The notes under the pieces are model-generated. The model saw only the letters and a list, made by a program, of their open reading frames with translations, was not told the origin of the DNA and searched no databases. A stretch of DNA of 61,075 nt from a virus. Lineage: Duplodnaviria; Caudoviricetes. The translations under genes and the position numbers were made by a program. The stretch spans positions 1 to 61,075 of IMG/VR virus record IMGVR_UViG_3300010354_000093; one strand, given 5' to 3'. The first letter of the stretch is position 1. The number at the start of each line of letters is the position of its first letter. Shown here one piece after another: positions 49,140-58,914 of the stretch.

Positions 49140-49573
49140 CGCAATAACAATCCGTTCTGTTGATCAAATCTTAATTCTAATGCTTGCTGAATGTTATAAG
49201 GGCGATATTCTAGTAAACATTGTATTTGTATTCCAGACTCGTATGCAGTGACAATCACTTCTTTGGCATTAATTCTTGGATCATAATTTATAATTTTATT
49301 CACATTTTCTGTAATAATAAATTTTATTTCTTCTGTCAAAGGCTCAAATAACAAATCCCAAATAACAGTCCCAAATCCTGGATTCATCAACCTCTCGCCT
49401 TGGCGAGTACTAAAATGATTAATCAAATCTTGTTTAATTAATGCAAAGTCAAAGAGACCAAAGTTTTCAGAATCAGGGCTAATTGTACTAAAACCCTTAT
49501 ACATTTTAGGAGTAAGGGTATCGTTAGATTGTTTGCCCTTTAATACTACTCTATCATAAAGTCTTGCGCTCAT
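49136..49573 (-). CDS. baseplate wedge subunit (gp25-like)
   Basis: YKGFST, LIKQDLINHFSTRQGERLMNPGFGT.IWDLLFEP, I.YDPR. Confidence 0.9.
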   Translation of the reverse strand: MSARLYDRVVLKGKQSNDTLTPKMYKGFSTISPDSENFGLFDFALIKQDLINHFSTRQGERLMNPGFGTVIWDLLFEPLTEEIKFIITENVNKIINYDPRINAKEVIVTAYESGIQIQCLLEYRPYNIQQALELRFDQQNGLLLR

Positions 49574-51138
49574 GGTGTTTGATCCTCTTCTGGATTTTCT
49601 TCAGGTGGAATAATTTGCTCAAAAGTATCTGAATTGGTTGAATATTTTTTCCAATATTCAGGAACTTCAATTGCACTTCCTGATTCGCGATCTGTTAAGT
49701 CTGGTTTAAATTTTGTTGCATCTAAATTTTCATGATGCGGGTATGGTTCAGTTGTAGGAACTCGGAGCATGATACTTTCAATTGTTGTACCTTCTGCTTC
49801 TGTTGGATTTTCAAAAGTTGACAATGGCTCTGGAGCAGAGGCAGCTGATCCTCCAAAATTTCCCGAGTTAAGGTGTATTTCGCCGCCATCAATATTTGTA
49901 CCGGCAGCATTTACTTCAAAACTTCCGCCAGCTGTAATAGTATGCCCTGACCCTGTTGATATTGTTACTGTACCATCAACTGTTTCATCATGGTTACCAA
50001 CTGTTTTTAAAACAACATTGCCGTTAATAATAGTAATCTTGTCTGTTCCTACCTCAGTTTGATGTCTCTCCGCAACTTTTAAATTAAAATTTCTACCAAC
50101 TTCAATATTAAAATCTCTGTCAGCATAGAAATTAAAATCATTCTGTGTTCTTAAACTAATACTATCCTGAGCATATATGTCTATCTTCCCATCGCTAGTC
50201 ATTTCAATCCAAGCAGTACCTCGACTATTTGTTATATAAATTAAATCTTCGCTGTTATGCAAAAGAATTTGATGGCCAGTCCTTGTCCTAATTCGAAAAA
50301 GTTCGTTGTGGGGAATTGTTATTTCGCCGCCTTCTTCGCCTTGCTCTCGAGCAATATACTTAGGAGGACCATCTGTTACTATTGTGTCTCTGATATAAGC
50401 AGAATCGCCGTCATCCATAACAAAAGTAGTTCCTCCCAGATGGCTTACCGGCACTACTTTTTTATTTGGGGCTTCTCCTTTTAATCCTTCTTTTGCTCCT
50501 GATTGACGATCAAAAGGGCCTGGCGTACTTATACCAAATACTGCACTTGGTGTTTCTCGCCTAGCACTACTTGTTGTGATACCACGGGTGTCATCTTCTA
50601 ACAGGCCCTGCGAATCTAAAACATCCGCCAAAGGATGTTTTGGCTTTAACGCTTTAGTTTCATCAGGCACCGATGCCAATGCTTTCCTGTTTAAATCAGC
50701 TACAGGTAGTCGTTTGCTAGAGTCTTCGTTATTGAAAACTGTTGCTGCAATTCCTGGCATCATAAAATTAACACCAGTATTTTTTGTAATGCCGCCAATC
50801 CAATAACCTTGTTCGATCTTTCCTTGATGGAATATTACTAAGCCGTAACTGCCCACGTCAGGCGGTATCATCCACATACCATAACTTTTTTGTGTGTTGT
50901 TATAATCGTCAGGGTCTTCTCCGAGGTATTCCTCACCTGTAGTTCCAAAAAATGGACTCATGTAATTAACATCTATAATTTGTCCAGGCTGAGTTTCGTT
51001 ATTATTTCCAACGTTACGTAATAGTTCAACACGCAATTTACCCATATAAGTAGGATCAGCATGATTCACTACCTTTGCAATACAAGGTAGTTCAGGAACA
51101 AACGGTTGTTCGCCACTATTACCATCTTCATTATACAT
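49570..51138 (-). CDS. baseplate central spike (gp5/VgrG-like, no lysozyme domain seen)
   Basis: N-terminal OB-fold DPTYMGKLRVEL...SYGMWMIPPDVG; RTRTGHQILLH; beta-helix repeats; IHLNS. Confidence 0.8.
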   Translation of the reverse strand: MYNEDGNSGEQPFVPELPCIAKVVNHADPTYMGKLRVELLRNVGNNNETQPGQIIDVNYMSPFFGTTGEEYLGEDPDDYNNTQKSYGMWMIPPDVGSYGLVIFHQGKIEQGYWIGGITKNTGVNFMMPGIAATVFNNEDSSKRLPVADLNRKALASVPDETKALKPKHPLADVLDSQGLLEDDTRGITTSSARRETPSAVFGISTPGPFDRQSGAKEGLKGEAPNKKVVPVSHLGGTTFVMDDGDSAYIRDTIVTDGPPKYIAREQGEEGGEITIPHNELFRIRTRTGHQILLHNSEDLIYITNSRGTAWIEMTSDGKIDIYAQDSISLRTQNDFNFYADRDFNIEVGRNFNLKVAERHQTEVGTDKITIINGNVVLKTVGNHDETVDGTVTISTGSGHTITAGGSFEVNAAGTNIDGGEIHLNSGNFGGSAASAPEPLSTFENPTEAEGTTIESIMLRVPTTEPYPHHENLDATKFKPDLTDRESGSAIEVPEYWKKYSTNSDTFEQIIPPEENPEEDQTP

Positions 51139-51141
51139 ATA

Positions 51142-53457
51142 TTACCCCGGGAAGTCTCCCAAATCTTTACTTGCTTGAATTTCGGCAGGTGTTCGTAACT
51201 CAGTCGATAATCCTTTATTAGTGGAAACTTCTTCTTTTGTAGTATAAAGAGTTTTTGGATTTGGTGTTGCTTTAGAATCCTGACCTTGTCTACGATGACA
51301 AGTTAATATCTGTTTAAACTGATTTTTATTAAAATAACTCTTTATAGTCGATACTCTGTATAATCCGCTAAAACTTTGTATTACTTGTGTGTTTGTTAAC
51401 TCATATAATCCTGTAGTTTGATTAATGTCTGTCGGAGTTCGAAAATTTATAACAACATCAACTTCGCTGTTGACATAATTAACACTACCGTCTTTACTAA
51501 CATTAATTAAATTTGTTGGATTATCAACATAATTACCCTTGCCACTATTTGCAATCCAATACGGGTCTCCGACAATTTCTAATTCTAAATTCATCATGTC
51601 TTGGCCATAAGTTAACGAATCGTGGAACATACGAGCAACACGATTAGCAGCAGTTTCTCCGGAAGTTCCTCCTTTATTGTCTGTGCTTGTGTTGGTCTGA
51701 GTAGCTAATGTTCTTGTAGGCAACCCTTGACCAGGTAAAGGGGGTGCAGATCCTTTAGGTTGCGGTATTGATGTGTCAGGGCCTGTTCTAATATCACTAC
51801 TAGTTGCTTTTGATGTTTTTTCGTCCGCAGTTTTATTACCACTGTCTGCCAATACTGGATTATAAAATGTGTTTTTAATCTCAATATCAAATTTTAATAC
51901 GTCAACATTTTTCCCTGTGTAAATGTAATTGTACTCTTTTGCAGCTTGTTTTTTTAATTCAGCGATTCCCGGAGCAGGCGCATTGGGAGGTAATAAACGA
52001 CTTGCATGTACTTTATAAGGTATTACTCTATATACAATTAACCTAGGTATTTGTCCTGTTGATTTCATGTTTGCATTTGATGGAATATCGTAAGTTTTTA
52101 CATCAATCTTCCACCAAGGACGCATGCCTTCTTTACTAAGCTGACCTGCATCTAATGCTTGCTTACTTGCATCACTCTTAATTAATACCTGATTAATAAT
52201 ATTAATGATATCTGAATTTTGGCCAAATTGCATTACTACTTCTTTTGGATTGGCAACAGATTTTCCTCTAATGTATGTTTTTGTTTTTTCATCGTAATGG
52301 TCAGCAACATTAGTTACTGGTTTATCTCCGGGTCTTTCCGCATCAAACCCTAAACTAGCTCTGCCTAGCGGATTTATATCGCCCGATCCTTGTATTAATG
52401 TTTTGTTTGAAGAGCTTCGACTAACTCCTAATTTTTGAAATAAACTCGATCCGCTTTCTTGTGACGAAGAACCTGATGCAGTTGCTGATGTATCGTTCTC
52501 TTTTGCGGTTCCGGCGGAAGACGAGCTAGCAGCAGACGAAATATCATTTGGAAACAAAATTAAAATTTCATCAGGAATTGAAGTTTGGCCGTCTTCTTTT
52601 TGTTGTTTAAATCGTGCATTAGCTACAACTTGTAAACTTTGATCGCCTGTTTGCAAAATTTCTTGAACTGTCTTTCCTCGAATAGAAACGTCGTTTTTAA
52701 CTAGCTTATAGCTGTCATTTAAAGCTACAGAGTTAGCAATAGTTGCAACAATATTATATGTGCTGCCTGCGGCAGTTACTTTAAAAATTAAATTATTAAA
52801 TCTAAACGGAATAAACTTTCGAGTTCCAGGAACAAGCTTCATGTTTCCAGCTTGGTCGGCGCCTCGAAACTCTATCATTAATAAAAAAACTGCATCGGTG
52901 TAATTTGCATAACCGCGCTCATATGCGGTCTGCTGGACTGCTAACATGAACAACCCCATGCTATAAGGTTCTATAACTTGAAATTCAACATTTGTAGAAT
53001 TTACATTGCCTGTAGATTTTTCAAAACCGTATTGCCCAACTATCTGAACATTATCAATGTAAAAATCAAACTTTCCTGCTTTTGTTTGAACACGATTGTT
53101 TGGATCAGCGTTGGCACTCTTTAATATCCAAGGAGGATACTTTCCGGCAAAATAAGATTGATCTGGAAAATTAAATTCTTCTGCTGAAAGACATCCTATT
53201 GAAAATAAACAGTCATAACTAGCATAATCATGCAAGACATTTGCCATCGGTAGCTTTTTATCTGACTGTACTACTCCCAAAGATGATCCAGAAAAAATAT
53301 TTCCAATAGAACTCAATGCTCCAGATAGTGCTCCTCCAAGTTTGTCTCCGATTGAAGATAATCCGGTTGCCGGACCAAAACTTGAAAGACTATTTTTTGC
53401 AGCAGAAACTGCATTAGTTGCTGAATTAATGATACCTGGAAGATTATCCAATGCCAT
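51142..53457 (-). CDS. putative baseplate hub protein
   Basis: NVLHDYASY, F.VIEPYSM, KEYNYIYTGKNVDVL.FDI, LEIVGDPYWI, SGLYRVSTI.S.F....F.Q.L; lies between the gp53-like and gp5-like genes. Confidence 0.6.
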   Translation of the reverse strand: MALDNLPGIINSATNAVSAAKNSLSSFGPATGLSSIGDKLGGALSGALSSIGNIFSGSSLGVVQSDKKLPMANVLHDYASYDCLFSIGCLSAEEFNFPDQSYFAGKYPPWILKSANADPNNRVQTKAGKFDFYIDNVQIVGQYGFEKSTGNVNSTNVEFQVIEPYSMGLFMLAVQQTAYERGYANYTDAVFLLMIEFRGADQAGNMKLVPGTRKFIPFRFNNLIFKVTAAGSTYNIVATIANSVALNDSYKLVKNDVSIRGKTVQEILQTGDQSLQVVANARFKQQKEDGQTSIPDEILILFPNDISSAASSSSAGTAKENDTSATASGSSSQESGSSLFQKLGVSRSSSNKTLIQGSGDINPLGRASLGFDAERPGDKPVTNVADHYDEKTKTYIRGKSVANPKEVVMQFGQNSDIINIINQVLIKSDASKQALDAGQLSKEGMRPWWKIDVKTYDIPSNANMKSTGQIPRLIVYRVIPYKVHASRLLPPNAPAPGIAELKKQAAKEYNYIYTGKNVDVLKFDIEIKNTFYNPVLADSGNKTADEKTSKATSSDIRTGPDTSIPQPKGSAPPLPGQGLPTRTLATQTNTSTDNKGGTSGETAANRVARMFHDSLTYGQDMMNLELEIVGDPYWIANSGKGNYVDNPTNLINVSKDGSVNYVNSEVDVVINFRTPTDINQTTGLYELTNTQVIQSFSGLYRVSTIKSYFNKNQFKQILTCHRRQGQDSKATPNPKTLYTTKEEVSTNKGLSTELRTPAEIQASKDLGDFPG

Positions 53458-53460
53458 ACT

Positions 53461-53760
53461 TTAAATACCTAATATTGTTTTAAGACTGCTACTTTTAGGA
53501 ATATAGATCTGAACTCCTGCAACAAAATCATATATTGGATCTTGTAATACATCTAAATTTCGTTGCATAAACACCCACCAAAGACCTGGCTCGCCGTATA
53601 AATCATACGCAAGTATGTCGGGACGATATTCGTAAGAAGTTGTAATAGTCCAATAAATGTCATCAGGGTCGGCTGAAACTGGTCGTATGGTTAAAATATC
53701 GAGATAGTCCTCACGAACTTCGGTGTTTGCCCAAGGACTAATATTACTATAGTTGGCCAT
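53461..53760 (-). CDS. baseplate wedge subunit (gp53-like, LysM-like)
   Basis: YRPDILAYDLYG...LWWVF..RN...IYIP. Confidence 0.8.
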   Translation of the reverse strand: MANYSNISPWANTEVREDYLDILTIRPVSADPDDIYWTITTSYEYRPDILAYDLYGEPGLWWVFMQRNLDVLQDPIYDFVAGVQIYIPKSSSLKTILGI

Positions 53761-53761
53761 A

Positions 53762-54763
53762 TTATACGTACCCGAATGAATTTGTCATGTAGCCCCCGGT
53801 AACAAACCTGTCAAGACTGAAAGTTCGTACACTAGTTCTGCTGTACATTGTTTGCAAAGTAATTGTAAACGTTGATTTAGTAGGAACATATGCTTTGCCG
53901 CCTGATGTCGAGCCGCCAATGCCAAACGTCCCGGCTAAACTTGCAACTTGTCCAATGCCCCCAGCAATCGTACTTACTGTACTTGTAATTCCACTTAGTT
54001 GAGGAAGAGCTCCTCCTAGTGTACTAGCAAGACCTCCTAGACTATCTGTAATTCCTGCAACTGCACCAGCGGCGCTACCCACAACATCACAACTAATGTA
54101 ATCTGAATCTTTTGGAAGCTGTACTTGAAACTGTGTCATTGCAACAGGAACATTTTTAAAGACATAATTTCCATAACCATTTAAGAAAAATATCGGAGGA
54201 GGATTACCGGCCTTTGGATCAAATCCTGTAAACATCTTTGTAACACTTCGACAATAATGTAAAGCAGCTATCCAATACAATGCTTGTGCCGAATCTTCTA
54301 CATACATAGGAGCAGTTATGCTAATCTGTCCAGGACTACTACTTTCGTATGCACTAAAGGGATAATTAGTATGCACCGCTTGTATTTGATTATACTTCGC
54401 ACTACCCGATAATTGTATATCGGGTGTATAAGGAAATACAAAACCGCCTGCATCTTTTAAAGGCTTTAGCACCGGACTACTTTTAAAGCTAGACCAATTT
54501 GGCAAACTTAGTCTTACACGCCAATCTTTACTGTTGCCTGTATCAGAAAATAAGGAGACTGCACTAAGAACATCACCTATTGCTTCACCTGCTGCTGGTA
54601 ATCCTGACAAGGCCATTCGGGCCGCGCCTGCAACATCGCCCGCATTACCAATAGAACTGGCAAGATTTCCAGCGACTCCTATAGCATTTTGAACTGCTCC
54701 AAAGGTTGTGCTAGCGGCACCAATAGTAGATGACAATGATTGTCCAACGTTGAATAAGCCCAT
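53762..54763 (-). CDS. putative tail-tube initiator / baseplate protein (gp48/gp54-like)
   Basis: FVFPYTP.I, HTNYPF..Y, GNPPP...LNGYG..VF.NVPV....F; first gene of the tail operon. Confidence 0.6.
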   Translation of the reverse strand: MGLFNVGQSLSSTIGAASTTFGAVQNAIGVAGNLASSIGNAGDVAGAARMALSGLPAAGEAIGDVLSAVSLFSDTGNSKDWRVRLSLPNWSSFKSSPVLKPLKDAGGFVFPYTPDIQLSGSAKYNQIQAVHTNYPFSAYESSSPGQISITAPMYVEDSAQALYWIAALHYCRSVTKMFTGFDPKAGNPPPIFFLNGYGNYVFKNVPVAMTQFQVQLPKDSDYISCDVVGSAAGAVAGITDSLGGLASTLGGALPQLSGITSTVSTIAGGIGQVASLAGTFGIGGSTSGGKAYVPTKSTFTITLQTMYSRTSVRTFSLDRFVTGGYMTNSFGYV

Positions 54764-54785
54764 ATATTTTTCCTGTTTGGTAATG

Positions 54786-54818
54786 TATTTATTTGACTTA
54801 ATAAAGTGCGTAGTTTAT
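54786..54818 (-). promoter_or_regulatory. bipartite late promoter heading the tail operon
   Basis: ATAAACTACGCAC-N12-AATAAATA, 22 nt upstream of ATG 54763. Confidence 0.72.
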
Positions 54819-54821
54819 AAT
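54793..54821 (+). promoter_or_regulatory. sigma70-type promoter of the sigma factor/gp47/gp46 operon
   Basis: TTGACT(54793-54798)-17 bp-TATAAT(54816-54821). Confidence 0.85.
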
Positions 54822-54844
54822 GTAACATCGGAGATTAACCAAGG

Positions 54845-55687
54845 ATGACACCAACAACACCAAAAGTAAACTATCTAAACAACAAGGATATGTTAGCAGA
54901 AATACACCGATCTAAAAGCACTTATTGTAGCTTTAAGGATCCGTCTTATCATCAATACGATATTATTCTTCCAAGCCTAGAAAAAATTAATATCAGAACT
55001 ATAGCAGAAGCAAAAAGAAATAAAGCAAAAAGACTGTCCGATGAGGACTATGCAAGACGTAAAGCATCTGGCGAAAAAGTAAAGCTAGCAGACTGCGAAG
55101 TTGATTACAAAAAAATCCCTAAAATAGATTTAATTTTTAGGATCATGACATACGATCATATTCCTACTAATACCACACGTAAAAAGAATCCTAAAACCAC
55201 AGCTGATTCAAAGGACAAAGTAAACTTTCCTCCTTTTCAGCATTGGAAGTTTAACGAAGAAGACGAACTAGTCTGTGTAGGTAAGAGTCATTGGAAGGGC
55301 GATCTAGAAAAAGGGCACTTTGACAAAGATGCCGGATGTATTACCCCTACCCTCGCTCGTATGATGATTAAACTATGTGAAAGATATGCTACTCGAGGAA
55401 ATGTTCGAGGATACACATACAACGATGAAATGAAAGGTCAAGCAATTTTGCAGCTAACACAAATAGGACTTCAATTTGATGAAAGCAAATCTGATAATCC
55501 TTTTGCTTATTTTACTGCTGCGGTTACAAATAGCTTTGTTCGTGTTATTAATATTGAGAAGCGTAATCAAAATATTCGTGACGACATCTTAGAAATGAAC
55601 GGAATGAATCCAAGTTATAGTAGGACTGGCCAAGGAGAACACGAAGCCGCTATGAAACGTTACAATGAGGAAACCCCCGGTGAGTAA
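54845..55687 (+). CDS. late-transcription sigma factor (T4 gp55-like)
   Basis: NYLNNKDML, RYATRGNVRGYTYNDEM, FDESKSDNPFAYFT....NSF.R.I..EK; upstream of gp47/gp46 as in T4-like phages. Confidence 0.8.
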   Translation: MTPTTPKVNYLNNKDMLAEIHRSKSTYCSFKDPSYHQYDIILPSLEKINIRTIAEAKRNKAKRLSDEDYARRKASGEKVKLADCEVDYKKIPKIDLIFRIMTYDHIPTNTTRKKNPKTTADSKDKVNFPPFQHWKFNEEDELVCVGKSHWKGDLEKGHFDKDAGCITPTLARMMIKLCERYATRGNVRGYTYNDEMKGQAILQLTQIGLQFDESKSDNPFAYFTAAVTNSFVRVINIEKRNQNIRDDILEMNGMNPSYSRTGQGEHEAAMKRYNEETPGE

Positions 55688-56693
55688 TTTGTTTAAAAAA
55701 GTTGCCTGTTTTACAGATATACACTTTGGTTTAAAATCAAACAGCAGCGTCCACAATCAAGACTGCGAAGAGTTTGTTGATTGGTACATTGCTAAAGCAA
55801 AGGAGGAAGGATGTGACACTGGTATTTTTATGGGCGACTGGCATCACAACAGGAATAGTCTTAACATTACTACTATGGACTACAGCCTTCGAGCACTGGA
55901 AAAACTTGGACAGGCTTTTAGTCAGTTTTATTTTTTTCCTGGTAATCATGATCTTTACTATAAAGATAAGCGTGATATCCACTCTGTAGAGTTTGGCAAA
56001 TACATTCCCGGAATTACCATCGTGCATGAGCCCATGACTGTAGGCGATGTTACTATGTGCCCTTGGCTAGTCGGTGAAGAATGGAAGGCTATAGGTAAAA
56101 AGAAGGCCAAATATATATTTGGTCACTTTGAACTGCCACACTTTTACATGAACGCCATGGTACAAATGCCGGATCATGGCGAAATACAGTTAGATGCATT
56201 TGATGGTTACGAGATGGGATTTAGTGGGCACTTCCACAAACGCCAAAGCAAGGGCAATATGCACTACATCGGTAATGCTTTCCCGCACAACTATGCAGAT
56301 GCATGGGACGACGATCGTGGAATGATGGTCTTAGAATGGGGTGGCGAGCCCAAGTACTTTAATTGGCCTAATCAACCTACATTTAGAACAGTAAAACTCA
56401 GTCAACTAATCGATGATGCAGATACTTTGATATTGCCTAAACAGCATTTGCGTGTAAGTTTAGATATAGATATTACTTACGAAGAAGCAAGTTTTATCAA
56501 AGAAGACTTCATGAACCGTTTTGAAATTAGAGAACTTACTCTTATAACGGAAAAGAAAGAAGTTGAGATCAATACCAACATTGATATTCAAAATTTTGAA
56601 AGTGTAGATCAAATTGTATCCAAGCAACTTGCTAATATCGATAGCGATACGTACAATAAGAGCACTTTGCTGGAAATTTATAATAGCCTATGA
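55680..56693 (+). CDS. recombination endonuclease subunit (gp47 / Mre11-SbcD-like)
   Basis: TDIHFG, GDWHH, GNHD, GHFE, SGHFH phosphoesterase motifs; probable GTG start 55680 (ORF track starts 55665). Confidence 0.9.
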   Translation: MSNLFKKVACFTDIHFGLKSNSSVHNQDCEEFVDWYIAKAKEEGCDTGIFMGDWHHNRNSLNITTMDYSLRALEKLGQAFSQFYFFPGNHDLYYKDKRDIHSVEFGKYIPGITIVHEPMTVGDVTMCPWLVGEEWKAIGKKKAKYIFGHFELPHFYMNAMVQMPDHGEIQLDAFDGYEMGFSGHFHKRQSKGNMHYIGNAFPHNYADAWDDDRGMMVLEWGGEPKYFNWPNQPTFRTVKLSQLIDDADTLILPKQHLRVSLDIDITYEEASFIKEDFMNRFEIRELTLITEKKEVEINTNIDIQNFESVDQIVSKQLANIDSDTYNKSTLLEIYNSL

Positions 56694-58468
56694 TTAAAAT
56701 AAAGGAACTAACTGTCAAAAACTTTATGAGTGTGGGAAATCAAACCCAAGCTGTAGATTTTGGCAAGGAGAATCTAACACTTGTACTAGGTGAAAACTTA
56801 GATCAGGGTGGAGATGACAGCGGAAGCCGTAACGGTACTGGCAAAACAACCATTGTTAATGCACTAAGTTATGCATTATTTGGTACAGCGTTAACTAACA
56901 TTAAAAAAGATAATCTTATTAACAAGATTAACAATAAGAACATGTTAGTTACCCTAGCCTTTAATAAGGATGGCACAGACTATCGAATTGAAAGAGGGCG
57001 AAAGCCAAATGTTTTAAAGTTCTATGTAAACGATCAAGAGCAAGAAACAGAAGAATCCGATGATTCGCAGGGAGATATGCGTGAAACTCAGAAAGACCTA
57101 GACGACTTGTTAGGCATGAGTCACGACATGTTCAAACATATTGTAGCTCTTAATACATATACTGAGCCATTCCTTAGTATGAAGGCCAATGATCAACGTG
57201 CAATTATTGAACAGTTGCTAGGCATTACACTACTAAGTGAAAAAGCTGAAAACTTAAAAGAGCTTATTAGGCAAACTAAAGATGCTATTGTACAAGAAAC
57301 TGCTGATATCGAAGCAATTAAGAAATCTAATGAGAAAATTCAGCAAAGCATCGACAGTTTACTCACTAGACAAACGGCTTGGAACAAACAACACGAGCAG
57401 GATCTAGAAAAAATTGCCCGAGCTATTGTAGAATTAGAGAGCGTAGACATTGAAGCAGAGCTGGCACACCATGCTCTGCAAAAAGCCTATGCGGAGCATA
57501 GCGCAAAGCTCAAGAGCCTGAATAAGGAACGGGCTACGTTAGAAAGCGCGACAGCGCAAGCGGAGCGAAGCGTCACGAAGTATGACGGCGAGCTCGCCAA
57601 ATTGGCAAATAAGACCTGTCACGCTTGTGATAATAAGCTACAAGATCACAAACATGAAGAAATGACTGCGGATGCCGCTGTTAACTTAGCTGATGCTCAG
57701 AAGTATTTGGACAAGGTTACTGCTGACCTTAACAAGATACAGTCGGAAATTAAGGCTATTGGTGAGCTGACCAGGCCTGCCGACACTTATTATGAAACAG
57801 TTGAAGAGGCTCTTAAGCATCAAAACAACTTACAGACACTGGAAACACAGTATACAATTAAACTTGGTGAAGTCGACCCTTACCAAGAACAAATTGATGA
57901 ACTTACTAATACAGCATTGCAGGAAGTCCAATGGGATACTGTTAATGAACTGACTACACTAAAGGAACATCAAGAGTTCCTACTTAAATTACTAACAAGT
58001 AAAGACAGTTTCATTCGTAAGAAGATCATAGATCAGAACCTAGCATACCTTAATAATAGATTAACCTATTACTTGGACAAGATGGGATTGCCGCATACCG
58101 TGGTATTCCAGAATGATCTGACCGTTGAAATTACCCAGCTGGGTCAAGACTTAGACTTTGACAACCTAAGTCGTGGGGAACGAAATAGACTTATACTTGG
58201 CTTGTCCTGGGCATTTAGAGATGTTTGGGAAAGTTTATACCAAAACATCAATTTGTTGTTTGTCGACGAGCTAGTTGACAATGGCTTGGATGCATCTGGT
58301 GTTGAAAACGCACTGGCAGTATTGAAAAAGATGGCTCGTGAGCGCAAGAAGAACATTTATCTAATCAGCCACAAGGATGAACTGATCGGTCGTGTTAACA
58401 ATGTACTCAAAGTTATCAAGGAAAACGGCTTTACCAGCTATGCAAACGACTTAGAGGTATCAGAATGA
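56690..58468 (+). CDS. recombination ATPase subunit (gp46 / Rad50-SbcC-like)
   Basis: KNFMSVG, NGTGKT Walker A, coiled coil with CHAC zinc hook, LSRGE signature, LFVDE Walker B, ISH. Confidence 0.93.
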   Translation: MIKIKELTVKNFMSVGNQTQAVDFGKENLTLVLGENLDQGGDDSGSRNGTGKTTIVNALSYALFGTALTNIKKDNLINKINNKNMLVTLAFNKDGTDYRIERGRKPNVLKFYVNDQEQETEESDDSQGDMRETQKDLDDLLGMSHDMFKHIVALNTYTEPFLSMKANDQRAIIEQLLGITLLSEKAENLKELIRQTKDAIVQETADIEAIKKSNEKIQQSIDSLLTRQTAWNKQHEQDLEKIARAIVELESVDIEAELAHHALQKAYAEHSAKLKSLNKERATLESATAQAERSVTKYDGELAKLANKTCHACDNKLQDHKHEEMTADAAVNLADAQKYLDKVTADLNKIQSEIKAIGELTRPADTYYETVEEALKHQNNLQTLETQYTIKLGEVDPYQEQIDELTNTALQEVQWDTVNELTTLKEHQEFLLKLLTSKDSFIRKKIIDQNLAYLNNRLTYYLDKMGLPHTVVFQNDLTVEITQLGQDLDFDNLSRGERNRLILGLSWAFRDVWESLYQNINLLFVDELVDNGLDASGVENALAVLKKMARERKKNIYLISHKDELIGRVNNVLKVIKENGFTSYANDLEVSE

Positions 58469-58914
58469 CTGTAGGATTTACTTGCAGCACATTTGATTTG
58501 TTTCACGCAGGGCATATTATCATGCTTAAAGAAGCAAAGTCAGTGTGCGACTATTTGATTGTGGGTCTACAAACAGATCCTACTATTGATCGCAAGGAAA
58601 AGAACAAACCAGTTCAAAGTATTTTTGAACGTTATGTTCAGCTACAGGCCTGCAAGTATGTTGACGAGATCGTAGTTTATGCTACAGAAAAAGATCTTGT
58701 GGACATACTGCTCAGTTACCCAATTAATATCAGAATACTAGGCGACGAATACGAACATAAGGCATTTACCGGCAGGCAAGAATGTATACAAAAAGGCATC
58801 AAATTTTATTTTAACAAAAGAGAGCATACATTTAGCACTACAGAGTTAAGACAGCGTGTCATTGACTGTGAAGCAGACAAATTTATGTCAAGGGCCAATG
58901 AGCAAACACGTTGA
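58465..58914 (+). CDS. cytidylyltransferase (TagD/glycerol-3-phosphate CT-like)
   Basis: FDLFHAGH (HxGH), LIVGL.TD, ER...L.ACKYVDEI, R....STT. Confidence 0.85.
   Translation: MTVGFTCSTFDLFHAGHIIMLKEAKSVCDYLIVGLQTDPTIDRKEKNKPVQSIFERYVQLQACKYVDEIVVYATEKDLVDILLSYPINIRILGDEYEHKAFTGRQECIQKGIKFYFNKREHTFSTTELRQRVIDCEADKFMSRANEQTR

Noticed and set aside
45603-54763. Bacterial T6SS or extracellular contractile injection system
   Set aside because: Context (gp46/47, gp55-like sigma, RNase H, thyX, late promoters) indicates a lytic phage tail module
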